From the IMG/VR virus record IMGVR_UViG_3300021255_003500, positions 73,962-107,106 of that record: a stretch of 33,145 bases of DNA; one strand, given 5' to 3'. The notes under the pieces are model-generated. The model was given only the letters and a program-made list of their open reading frames with translations. It was not told the DNA's origin and ran no database searches. The number at the start of each line of letters is the position of its first letter. Within the stretch, counting starts at the first letter, position 1. The position numbers and the translations under genes were made by a program. Below are positions 1-9,000 of the stretch, piece after piece. Origin of the DNA: a virus. Lineage: Duplodnaviria; Heunggongvirae; Uroviricota; Caudoviricetes.

Positions 1-74
1 CATAGAGCCCCATTACCAGAAGCTTCAATAGCGTCTTCGAGATGATGAATAACTTTCTCCCGGTCTGGCATCAT
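1..74 (-). CDS. hypothetical phage protein, N-terminal part (runs off the window)
   Basis: GAGGTG RBS then ATG at 74; reads MMPDREKVIHHLEDAIEASGNGAL with no stop before the window edge. Confidence 0.6.
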   Translation of the reverse strand, partial: MMPDREKVIHHLEDAIEASGNGAL

Positions 75-99
75 TTTCACCTCATTCATATGTAGCTGA

Positions 100-549
100 T
101 CAGCAGGCGTAAATGTAAGAAGGTGAGTTATACGTCACTTCTTCCACGTATCCGTCTTCTCGGACGATCTCTTCGATTCTGAACCATCTTCTGTCCGGTT
201 CCAGGAGAAAAGGACTGTAATCAAAAATCGAAGTCAAGTACGATACCCAGGTCGGGCATTTCCAGAGTTCCAGTCCAATGATATGCGTATTATCGTGGAT
301 TATGATATCGATCTTCCAGCATGCCAGACAGTAAACGGGCATTCTTTGACGTTTTTTCAGATGCAGCTGCTCCGCAGGCGAAAGGATCTTCGTGCCTTCG
401 ATATGCGCTGTCTGAAACGGCATGCTTAAAACATACGGCAGCGGATTCTTCAGATTAAAGTTTCTGATCTGGCTATGCGAGAGCTTTCTGTATGTCAGTC
501 TCTTTCCAGTTTCTTCCACTGCAACTAGGCGGTAATCGGATTTCTGCAT
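100..549 (-). CDS. hypothetical protein, paralog family member A
   Basis: 149 aa ORF with GGAAGGA RBS and TGA stop. Shares YRL..V.E.GKR and IGLELWKC motifs with its neighbours. Confidence 0.75.
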   Translation of the reverse strand: MQKSDYRLVAVEETGKRLTYRKLSHSQIRNFNLKNPLPYVLSMPFQTAHIEGTKILSPAEQLHLKKRQRMPVYCLACWKIDIIIHDNTHIIGLELWKCPTWVSYLTSIFDYSPFLLEPDRRWFRIEEIVREDGYVEEVTYNSPSYIYAC

Positions 550-553
550 TGGA

Positions 554-850
554 TCATCCTTCCCATCGTGAATCGAGGTGCAGAAGATAAGCCCTGGAAC
601 ACCAGAACTCAGCTGCGATTACATGAGAGTCATTTTCCGAGAGGTTCCACTTGACCAGACGATAGGTCTTCTCGTTATTCTTGACATTCTGCTGCGATAC
701 GGGAATCATCTCCACAGAGTGACTCGAGAAGCCATTGTTCTCCAAGATCTTCTCACAACGCCAAAGCATTGGCTGTCTCGGGAAGTAATGAAGAATCTCC
801 TGCTTGCCATCTTCGTAGATAAGGATTAGGTAATATTCGTTGCTGCTCAT
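554..850 (-). CDS. hypothetical protein, paralog family member B
   Basis: 98 aa, GGAGG RBS, TGA stop; motifs YYLILIYEDGKQ, YRLVKW, IAAEFWC. Confidence 0.75.
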   Translation of the reverse strand: MSSNEYYLILIYEDGKQEILHYFPRQPMLWRCEKILENNGFSSHSVEMIPVSQQNVKNNEKTYRLVKWNLSENDSHVIAAEFWCSRAYLLHLDSRWEG

Positions 851-877
851 ATCTGCCTCCAGTAGTCTTTTATCGTT

Positions 878-1270
878 TTACAAAGATAAACGTTTACCAA
901 TGATAAACTGTGACCTGAATTCATTGAAGTATTGTGTGGCGTCACACTTCCATAGCTCCGCACCGATACACCAATCGGTGCTTGTAATTCTGAAGGTTTG
1001 AGGGATACCCGTTGTCTCATCCATCAGCAGGAAACGGATCAGCACGAAAGAATCCTTTGCATCGCGAAAAATAGACGACATCGGATATCTTTGATGCTGC
1101 AACGGAACACTGAACGGGACCCACGACCAGGTGCTCCTCGTTTTCGTCGTGATTCTCATATTTGCATACTGGTACAAATACTGTAAGGACATCGGAATGT
1201 CGCTGCGACTGAGGGACGCAACATAAAAACGTTTGAGACTCTTGGTTACCAGAAACAGACGATAAATCAA
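878..1270 (-). CDS. hypothetical protein, paralog family member C
   Basis: 130 aa, AAAGGAG RBS, TTG start, TAA stop; motifs YRLFLV, IGAELWKC. Confidence 0.75.
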   Translation of the reverse strand: MIYRLFLVTKSLKRFYVASLSRSDIPMSLQYLYQYANMRITTKTRSTWSWVPFSVPLQHQRYPMSSIFRDAKDSFVLIRFLLMDETTGIPQTFRITSTDWCIGAELWKCDATQYFNEFRSQFIIGKRLSL

Positions 1271-1291
1271 GAAGTGATCACTCCTTTTTGG

Positions 1292-1636
1292 TTAGACCAG
1301 GTTGAAAGGTTCATCGAGCAGACAACTATAAGATTCATGTATTCCGATGATCCAGAGTTCTGCATCGATGAACTTTGTCGGATCACTGGTAGGCATTTCC
1401 GGCTTTCGTTTAATGAACGTCCATTCCATGACGCGGTAAGCAAGTCCAGGAACGTTGATGCTATTGGTTCTCGAAGCCTGCGTGAATTGTCTTTTGTCAA
1501 TACGGTAAGGATAAACATGATTGTCCGCCAGACCGATGATCTGGCAGCGTGTGTAAAACTCTGGGATCCAGGTGCCCATTAAGTAACGGTTTCTATGTTC
1601 GTCGACATAGTACAGACGGTAGCAAGATGCTTTCAT
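1292..1636 (-). CDS. hypothetical protein, paralog family member D
   Basis: Start moved to MKASC after GAAAGGAAG RBS; TAA stop; motifs YRLYYVDEHRNR, YRVMEW, IDAELW. Confidence 0.75.
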   Translation of the reverse strand: MKASCYRLYYVDEHRNRYLMGTWIPEFYTRCQIIGLADNHVYPYRIDKRQFTQASRTNSINVPGLAYRVMEWTFIKRKPEMPTSDPTKFIDAELWIIGIHESYSCLLDEPFNLV

Positions 1637-1700
1637 ATGAACTTCCTTTCCTGCATGCATGTCCTATTCAAAAAGTTACCGGGGGTTTCCAGTGTTCTAG

Positions 1701-1729
1701 TCCATTATAAATTTTCCGGAATGTGGACA
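1701..1729 (-). promoter_or_regulatory. putative phage-specific promoter TGTCCAC-N2-TCCG-N5-TTTATAATGGA driving the leftward paralog cluster
   Basis: Same motif with identical spacing as 10706-10734; contains TATAAT but has no canonical -35. Confidence 0.6.
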
Positions 1730-2026
1730 GAACAATATGCAAAATAGTGCATGAATATTCAAAATAATGTATAAAGTGAGGATAAGACATGCAGAAAAGT
1801 CAAGATGAGATGAAAAAGGAGAGGCTGGGTGATGCGACGAGGAGAGAGAGGTTGAGAGAAAGAACTGCTCCGCTTCGCTTTCGCTTTTCCCGCTTCCGCT
1901 TACCACTTCACCTAGTTTTCAAAACCATATTCGTCCACTTTCTCCCACTCACACACCACTTTTCAAAAAGAAGGAATTTCGCCATTGAATGTCGAACATA
2001 TAATAAATATAATTAATAAGCTAGTT

Positions 2027-2340
2027 AATTCATATACGTATCTGAATTTATCCAATATACTATTAATCCATATTCGTATTTCTATCATTATTTATTTTCC
2101 CGTAAGGGAAATAGAAATAATTCATATACGATATAAGTGAATTAATTAATATGCGAGTTAAATATCAAAGATACGCTTATTAATTAACATGCGTATTAAA
2201 TATATAATATACGAGTTTAATTTATATACGTATGATATCTTTCCGAAGGAAAGAAAAATAATAATTCATATACGTATAAAAGAGAGTAAATTCATATGCG
2301 AGATAAAGATAATTAACCAGCGAGTTAATTCATATACGTA
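2027..2340 (+). repeat. array of about 11 degenerate 14-bp direct repeats (consensus AATTCATATACGTA/AG), iteron-like
   Basis: Exact AATTCATATACGTA at 2027, 2263, 2327; variants at 2065, 2119, 2144, 2182, 2202, 2219, 2289, 2311; very AT-rich and non-coding. Confidence 0.8.
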
Positions 2341-2585
2341 TATAAATTAGCCGTGGGCGGCTGGTCCGCCCACTGCATCCTTTTTTGTGCAGGAGTCTCT
2401 GTCGTCCACCATGGACAAGGAATGGACAAACCGTTTGCTGTTTTGATTCGAAAGAGATGGCAAGGGCGCGCGGTTAGTTTGATCTAACCATTATCACAAA
2501 GCAGCGGTAGACAAGTCAAATACGTAACCCCCTCAAATTCTTTTATATATAGAGAATTGAGGGGGTCCGGAGGAATATGGATCAG

Positions 2586-2630
2586 AAAAAAAATAAGGGG
2601 AGCAACAGCTGTAAAGCTGTCACTCCCCTT
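2586..2630 (-). terminator. intrinsic terminator at the end of the leftward early region
   Basis: GGGGAG-ACAGCT/AGCTGT-CTCCCC hairpin followed by a T tract on the minus strand, just after the stop at 2635. Confidence 0.8.
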
Positions 2631-2634
2631 CAAA

Positions 2635-3075
2635 TTAAGATGCCCTACGCAGTTTGAGAATGCCGACAACCGCCTGCGGATTGTAGCCCGTGAGCTGCTC
2701 AGGCGTCATGCCGGTCGCGGCTACCAGCAAAGCGAGCTTGTCGGCTTTCGGCTGACAGCGCTTGGTGGGATCAAAGTGGCCAGGCACTGTCTTCCAGACC
2801 CACTTCCCTGCTTCAGTGGAATAAACACGGAATTTCTTTTCCTTGACCCACTTGCCATCCTCGTAGTTCGTGATGTCGGCGACCGTCAGCTTCGCCGGCA
2901 TCTGACTCGAGTTCGCGATCGTCGTAGCGATGTACGCCAGCGTCCTCTTGCTGACGCCATTCTTTTCGCGCCACTCCCTCAGGATATCGCCCAGCATGAT
3001 GTTCTGAGCACGGTTCATGCTGTGCTTATAGGCGGCATACTGGTAGGGACGAGGAGGCATGGTTTTCGTAGTCAT
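2635..3075 (-). CDS. XRE/Cro-like helix-turn-helix protein with an internal insertion
   Basis: LGDILREWREKNGVSKRTLA ... ITNYEDGK ... P.ADKLALLVAATGMTPEQL matches the XRE pattern, with a ~30 aa insert after the recognition helix. Confidence 0.65.
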   Translation of the reverse strand: MTTKTMPPRPYQYAAYKHSMNRAQNIMLGDILREWREKNGVSKRTLAYIATTIANSSQMPAKLTVADITNYEDGKWVKEKKFRVYSTEAGKWVWKTVPGHFDPTKRCQPKADKLALLVAATGMTPEQLTGYNPQAVVGILKLRRAS

Positions 3076-3152
3076 AGGACATTTTCCTTTCTTTTTCGCT
3101 TATAGCGAATTTTTAGTTTATTTAACCAGAAATCGGACCCAAAAATGCAGAC

Positions 3153-3210
3153 AAAAAAGAGAGGGCCAACAACTCATCCGCGAGGGCAGACAAAGCTGTT
3201 GGCCATCTCA
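3153..3210 (-). terminator. long hairpin plus T tract, probable terminator
   Basis: Minus strand GAGATGGCCAACAGCT...AGTTGTTGGCCCTCTC then TTTTTTT, downstream of the stop at 3235. Confidence 0.65.
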
Positions 3211-3234
3211 AATTGGTTAAGAGAACGGAATTCG

Positions 3235-3723
3235 TTAATCCCGAGAGAGGTACGCGCCCTGCACCTTGGCCTGCAGAGCAGACGGAGCCTTCGCCTGGAA
3301 GGTCTGGTTGCTCTTCGCCTTGGCGGCCTGACGCTCTTCACGAGCGATGGCCTTCTCCTGGCTGGAGCTCAGGACCTTGAAGGAGCCACGGTCGTTGGCA
3401 TTCAGCATCAGCTTGGTCTTCGCCGTCGCACCGAACTCCTCGGGGATATCCTGCTGGCGTCCCACGAATTCCACGAAGTCACCCTTCGTGACGGTAGCGA
3501 CCAGCTCTTCGGCCAGCTCACGGAAAGCCAGAACCTTGAAGGGGGTGTTCTTGGCGTCGTAGCCGTTGATCACGGTATAAGGAGAGCCATCCTTGGCGGT
3601 GAGCAGCACGGGGTCGTGAGTCACGTTCAGCTGACGGGCAGCGATGGGACCACGGGCGGTGGGGGTAGCGGACTTGACGGCGTTCTTGGCGGCGATGTAG
3701 GCTTCGTACATGTTGGTCTTCAT
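3235..3723 (-). CDS. OB-fold, single-stranded DNA-binding-like protein
   Basis: Start MKTNM after GAAAGGAAG; FKVLAFRELAEELVATVTKGDFVEFVG resembles the SSB OB-fold signature; no acidic C-terminal tip. Confidence 0.55.
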   Translation of the reverse strand: MKTNMYEAYIAAKNAVKSATPTARGPIAARQLNVTHDPVLLTAKDGSPYTVINGYDAKNTPFKVLAFRELAEELVATVTKGDFVEFVGRQQDIPEEFGATAKTKLMLNANDRGSFKVLSSSQEKAIAREERQAAKAKSNQTFQAKAPSALQAKVQGAYLSRD

Positions 3724-3850
3724 AGTTTTCTTCCTTTCTGCCTTATAGGCAATGCAAATATTATGGAGCGGCATTTGTGCCACAGACCCATCGAGAAGAG
3801 GGGCCGAAGGCCCCAGAGCCCTATTCAATTGTCCGGGGATGCTGGATGGA

Positions 3851-4255
3851 TTACTTGCCAGCCCAGGTAAGCACGATGTTGTGAGCCTTGCCCACACGGA
3901 TGAGCTCCTGCCAGAGATCCAGGTTCTCCACATAGTGACCACCGCGATTCACAGGACGTCCGTCATACCGTGCACGATACCGTTCATCGTTGTGCAGGCG
4001 GATCCCGATTTCCTGATAGTCACGGAAGTTCTTCATGCCGTAGGTCAGATACTGGGACGGTGTGGCGATCTCCACCTTGGTGCGGTTGTAGTAGACAGGC
4101 AGGCTCTCGATCGCCTTGATCAACGCGGTCAGCTGCATGCGCTGGTTCGTGGTGTTGCTGGCGCTTCCGAAGAAGTGCTGGTTGCGTGCATGCGCGGACC
4201 ACTGGCCGTGCTTGGTCTGCTTATTCCAGATGCTGTTGATGCTGATGATTTCCAT
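3851..4255 (-). CDS. RNase HI-fold protein, apparently catalytically inactive
   Basis: TNQRMQLTALIKAI, IATPSQY, VENLDLWQEL, HNIVLTW match RNase HI motifs, but the acidic catalytic positions are replaced. Confidence 0.7.
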   Translation of the reverse strand: MEIISINSIWNKQTKHGQWSAHARNQHFFGSASNTTNQRMQLTALIKAIESLPVYYNRTKVEIATPSQYLTYGMKNFRDYQEIGIRLHNDERYRARYDGRPVNRGGHYVENLDLWQELIRVGKAHNIVLTWAGK

Positions 4256-4310
4256 GTTTATTCTCCTTTTCTGTTATACAGATTTAAGGGATGCTCCTTT
4301 CACAGAAGAA

Positions 4311-4330
4311 AGCCTGCCCCGAGAAGCAGG
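4311..4330 (-). terminator. possible intrinsic terminator
   Basis: GCCTGC/GCAGGC hairpin followed by TTTCTT on the minus strand. Confidence 0.45.
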
Positions 4331-4397
4331 CCAATGAGGAGACCGCCGACGACGCCGCATACAACTTGCAGAACCCAGCTGTCGTTTGGCACGGGGG

Positions 4398-4589
4398 TCA
4401 TTTGCAGACCAACCCCCAATACTCCGCATCCTCGCGGACATCGACAACGAGTTTCTGCTCGTCGGTATTGCTGCACCCCTGGATCAAGCAGGCACCTTCA
4501 CCCTGCATATGGGCGACAAATTTGTCTGCCATGGTTTCAGGAACGATGTAGGTAACTCCGGGATAGTTCATGTCCTGATAGTTCAGCAT
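4398..4589 (-). CDS. small hypothetical protein
   Basis: 63 aa with GGGAGG RBS. Confidence 0.65.
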   Translation of the reverse strand: MLNYQDMNYPGVTYIVPETMADKFVAHMQGEGACLIQGCSNTDEQKLVVDVREDAEYWGLVCK

Positions 4590-4685
4590 AGGTCTTCCTC
4601 CCTATATCTTGTTGTGGTTTCCCACGACGCCTGTCCTTTCAGCAGGCGTTTCGGCTGGGTACCATCCAGCTCTCATCAGGTGGGG

Positions 4686-4820
4686 TTATTCTTCGGAGAT
4701 GATCCAGGACCATCCGGAAGGCGTGTTGCTGATTGCAGCTTCCAGCGCATCGGCATGGTCGTTGGCGATGATGGTGGACATCAGGTTGTTGCGGTTGTCG
4801 AAAATACGGATCGTGAACAT
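4686..4820 (-). CDS. small hypothetical protein (44 aa, not in the ORF track)
   Basis: AAAGGAGAG RBS; MFTIRIFDNRNNLMSTIIANDHADALEAAISNTPSGWSWIISEE then TAA. Confidence 0.65.
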   Translation of the reverse strand: MFTIRIFDNRNNLMSTIIANDHADALEAAISNTPSGWSWIISEE

Positions 4821-4929
4821 GATGATCTCTCCTTTGCCTTATAGGCATGCAATCTATTCAAACGCTATGCAGCGTCGGAAACAAGAACCGAGCAGCCGGT
4901 AAGATGTCCAGCTGCTCGTCCAGACTATT

Positions 4930-5520
4930 TCAACCTCCGGAGAGGTGAAACGCAAAGAGCCCTGGGTGTCCCAAGCCCAGGGCCAAGAAAGGAGGGGCGG
5001 CTGTACCGCCATTCAATGGAATATCAAAAGGAGGGGCAGTTTCAGTGGCTGACTGCCAAACCTCCGGAGATAGTAAAGGAGGGGTGGTTTCCAGCGATGA
5101 CCACCAACGCCTGACAAACGGGAACAGGCTCCCGAAACCCATCGAGATGGCGCGCGAAGCGCGCAGGTTCCAAAACCACGCAGGTTCGCTTCCAACTGTC
5201 AGCCGTGCACAAGGCAGGCAGCCGACAACCGGCCTGGGAACCCGAGGAACCCATCGAGATTGGCGCGAAGCGCCCCCCTCACAACGCCACGAAGCAGCGG
5301 GACCCACGGCGAGCCGCAGGACCACGCGCACGAGCGCAGCGAGGGCGCCCCCGGAAAAGGGGGCACGAGACTCCGGAGAACCGGAGATCCATCGAGATGG
5401 GGCCGAAGGCCCTTTGCTGCGCTACGGACGGAGACGGTAGCGAAGCGAAAAAATATGGCCCCTGAAAAATATAGCCCCCGGGGAGTCGAATGATGGAGCC
5501 CCAGAAGGGGCAACCATCAC
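4930..5520. promoter_or_regulatory. GC-rich, hairpin-dense non-coding region with repeated motifs
   Basis: Three CCATCGAGA + C-GAA-G hairpin units (5139, 5251, 5389), three AAAGGAGGGG, two AACCTCCGGAGA, two AAAAATATRGCCCC; overlapping ORFs are low-complexity and have no convincing RBS. Confidence 0.6.
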
Positions 5521-5602
5521 TGAGCAGTCACGCCAAGGCGCGAGAGCTCATATCAAGGAGCTGTTGCCAGTTCCCTGATATCGGCCCTCGCAGGCCGATG
5601 GA

Positions 5603-5959
5603 TTAGCGTTTACGTCCGATAGCAAGCTTATAGTCAGCAAAAGTGAAACCGTTGGCTTTGGCAATGGTTTCCAATTCGCTCTTGGTCTGCAGGTTCGTAT
5701 ACCGAACCGTAGCAAGCTTTGCGCCACTGGGCGTAGGCACAAAGATCTTGTCGCCATGATGATAATCATCATTGGACAGGTAGGTGTACAGCCTGCCATT
5801 ACCGAAGTCGACGGTGACAGTACGAATGGCAACCAGAATGTTACGCACATTCTTGGAAGCGGTCAGCTTCTGATAAAAGGACTTCATTTCGGCGCGGGTA
5901 TTGATAAACGCGGCAGTATGGTTATTGTCGACATCATAAGAGCAAACATAAGTATACAT
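5603..5959 (-). CDS. hypothetical protein (C-terminal part SH3-like, YTY...GD...VP...A.V)
   Basis: Start MYTYV after GAAAGGAAA RBS; TAA stop followed by a TCGGCC/GGCCGA hairpin. Confidence 0.7.
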   Translation of the reverse strand: MYTYVCSYDVDNNHTAAFINTRAEMKSFYQKLTASKNVRNILVAIRTVTVDFGNGRLYTYLSNDDYHHGDKIFVPTPSGAKLATVRYTNLQTKSELETIAKANGFTFADYKLAIGRKR

Positions 5960-6021
5960 AGCATTTCCTTTCTGCCCGTGTTGCCGATAGCGCAGCATCT
6001 TTTTGGTCATCAAAAAGAGCC

Positions 6022-9000
6022 TCATTCGAGGCTCGGGATGAACAGTTCGTCGTCCAGGTCGCCATCGAGCAGGTTGCCAATCTTCTGCTCGATGACTTCC
6101 TTGATCTCCTGCGCGAAGATCATCTCGAAGAAGCGCAGGGTGAACTTGTTGGGACGCCAGGCGTTGGGACTCATGTCCTCACGGAACATGAAGGACACGA
6201 TCTTGTTGTAGGCAGCCTTGATGTCATACCCGTAGAACAGGGCATAGGCTTCCAGCGCCAGCCGGTTGTAGATGGCAGCGTTCTTCCGGTAGTCACTGAC
6301 CCAGGACTTCAGCTTCTCATCCTTGTTCATAGACATAAGCGTTTCCTGGACGCGGCTTTCCAGAGCGGAGAAGACGGGGCTCTTCCATTCGAGGCAGATC
6401 CACTTGCCATGAACTTCTTCGCCGATGGTGTCGCCATCGATGCCGAAGATGGCAGTGTCGCCGTCGATATGGACCGCAGCGTAGTCAGACGCAACGGTAT
6501 TCCGTCCGCGCACCTGTACGTAATGGCCCATCTCGATGGAGCTGATGGCTTCCTCGAAGCTGCTGAAGTGCAGCAGTACTACAGGCTTCTTCGCGAGGTT
6601 GCCGTCGTCGTCGTACGGGAAGAATCCATAGGCAGGCTTGCCGATCAGGTTGTAGATATGCGGAGCCTGCACGGCGTTCTCCAACCGCACATTCTCGATT
6701 TCGCCAGGGATCGCAGGAAGCTGGACTTCCATCCGATCAAAGTAGAGACGAATGGTATCCATGGCGTTATTGCCAAAACTGGGCATCGTCTGCTTTTCGT
6801 TAAGCTCGGTGCCACGGCGCTCCGCACGCTGCATGGCAAAGCCACGCCCCATAGGCACTTCGCCGATCCCGTTCAGGGCAGGATGCAGTTCGAAGTTGTC
6901 GCCGGACGCGCCATGCTTACTGGCATCCACGCCGTCCACGTTGAACTTCTTGGTCGCCTGCGCGATCGCACAGAAGTCATAACGGGACAGCGGCTTATTG
7001 AAAGGCCGCGTGCTCATCAGCTTACGGATGGCGTTATCCCAGGTGCCAGGGTTGGGAGACACGACCAGGTTCCGCAGATACTGCTGGCGGTCAGCCTTGG
7101 CAACAGCCTTCTTAACAGAGGCAGATTCTTCCCAATCCACCAGCGGAGCACGCTTGGCGCCATCACCGAAGTCTACGGCACGGTTCATGGCGTCACGGAT
7201 GATGTTGACAAACAGGTCGTTGTCGATGATGAAGAAGTGATCTCCGTCGAAGTCCCCGCGCATGCGGGTGACCATGTCATCTTCATTACTGAAGAAAACA
7301 GTTCCGTCAGGACGGGTGATACTGTCCAGCAGCTTGCCTTCGCGGCAACCAGCAGCCTTGAAGCTGCTATAGCAGTTCGCAATGCAGATGCTGCCGGGAT
7401 CTTCCTGCGGAGAACGCAGGATGACCACAGGCTGTCCTTCGTATGTCAGCTTGAGGCCACGCACGACGACAACGTTGGCGGGGATGTACGGGACATATTC
7501 ATTAGTGGCGTTGAACCGTGCCCAAGCGAAGATGTCACCGTTGCCGGCGAACATCCTCGTCAGGTTGTGGAACCGGCCCTGCTTTGCCTCATCCACGAGA
7601 ACCTGCTTGGATTCAACGAAACGTTCCCTGATGGACTTGACGTTCATCAGTCCAGGATTGGCGTCGACCAGCTTGCCAAGCATGCCACCGATGATTTCCC
7701 CAGGGGTCAGGCTGTTCAGCCAGCTCTCCTCCTGCTCCATCAGCTTCTGCAGCTGCTTCTCCCGCAAACCAGGCAGGCAGGTCCAGGTCTGATTGGGCAG
7801 ACGACCACGCTTGCCGTCGACCTTGGCGCTTTCGATCAGGACGCCGATGTCCCGATCGGAGTGATCACGATGCCACTTCTCGCAGAAGTCGGCCTGGGAA
7901 GCATGGCTTCCCTTCTCACCGAACTTGCCCTTGAAGACAGAATTGTCGGCGAACACAACGATGTCATCAATGGAGCGACCGTTGATCTCGTTGATTCCGA
8001 TAGAACGCAGGAAAGTCTGCATACCGTCAATCTTCATGACGGTTGCATATCCCTTGTTCAGGGACAGCCTGAAGCTGTGACCCTGCAGTTCATTGAGCTT
8101 CTGCTTAAACTCAACAATCTTCGCCGCGTTGTTTTCGCAGATCTCCGCGATCTTCTTGCTGCTAAAGGAAATGACGGCAGAACCGTCCGTTCCCTTCTGA
8201 GTGATGGTGTTGACATCGATGACATCACCGTTGTGCATAACACGAACGGCATCAGAGTTGATTTCATGTTCCAGAGTCTTCCAATACTGGAAGTCCTCCG
8301 GTTCAACCTTAATACCCTTGCTTACGTAGGGCTTGATGCTAACCATCGACAGGCCAGCGTACGCGATCATCTTGGCTACCGTTACGTTCCAATTGCCATC
8401 CGCCTGGTTGGTGGCCCAGGCAAAGATCTGATCAGCTACGGAAGCGGGAACAGCAACGACTTCGCATTCCTTCGCCGCATTGGTGCCATGGCCAAGCACC
8501 ACGAAACGTTCTCCCTTGTGAGAGAAGCCCTTCTCAATGGTGCGGTCCCATGCAGCTTTCTTCTCCTCCGCCTTCGTGCGGACTTCTTCATTGTCGGATT
8601 CCAGTCCGTTAATGCGGGAAGTGATCTTGACGATCACTTCATTGACAGGACGCCCGGTCAGCTCGCTGACCTTCTTGGCAAGAGGGCCACGAGGCACAGA
8701 GACCGTCCCAGTGAAATACACACCCTGGCGGCCAATATTGAAGTGATCGATCTGATCCATCGGATTCTGGACACTGCTGGTGTCCAGGTTTACCGTCTTG
8801 GTGATGCGTTCCACCATCAAGTGGTGGAACAATACAGCGGGAATGCCGGTTTCATCCAGCTGGCTGATGGTCTCCTCAGCCACCTTCTGGCCGGGCAGCT
8901 CTTCAACGGCGTTCATGACACCGTCGTTGTCGAAGGTGGCAAGCAGCCACTCGGGCCACTTACCCATGCCGGTACGGGTGTCGTCGTCCACGCCCTTATG

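Noticed and set aside
2027-2340. CRISPR array
   Set aside because: Repeats are only 14 bp, degenerate, with short irregular spacers and no cas genes.
4930-5513. Several overlapping ORFs in the GC-rich spacer
   Set aside because: Arg/Pro/Gly-rich translations typical of non-coding GC-rich DNA; the repeats and hairpins explain the region better.
6061-6069. Extra CCATCGAG copy
   Set aside because: Inside the RNAP coding sequence with no following GAA hairpin.
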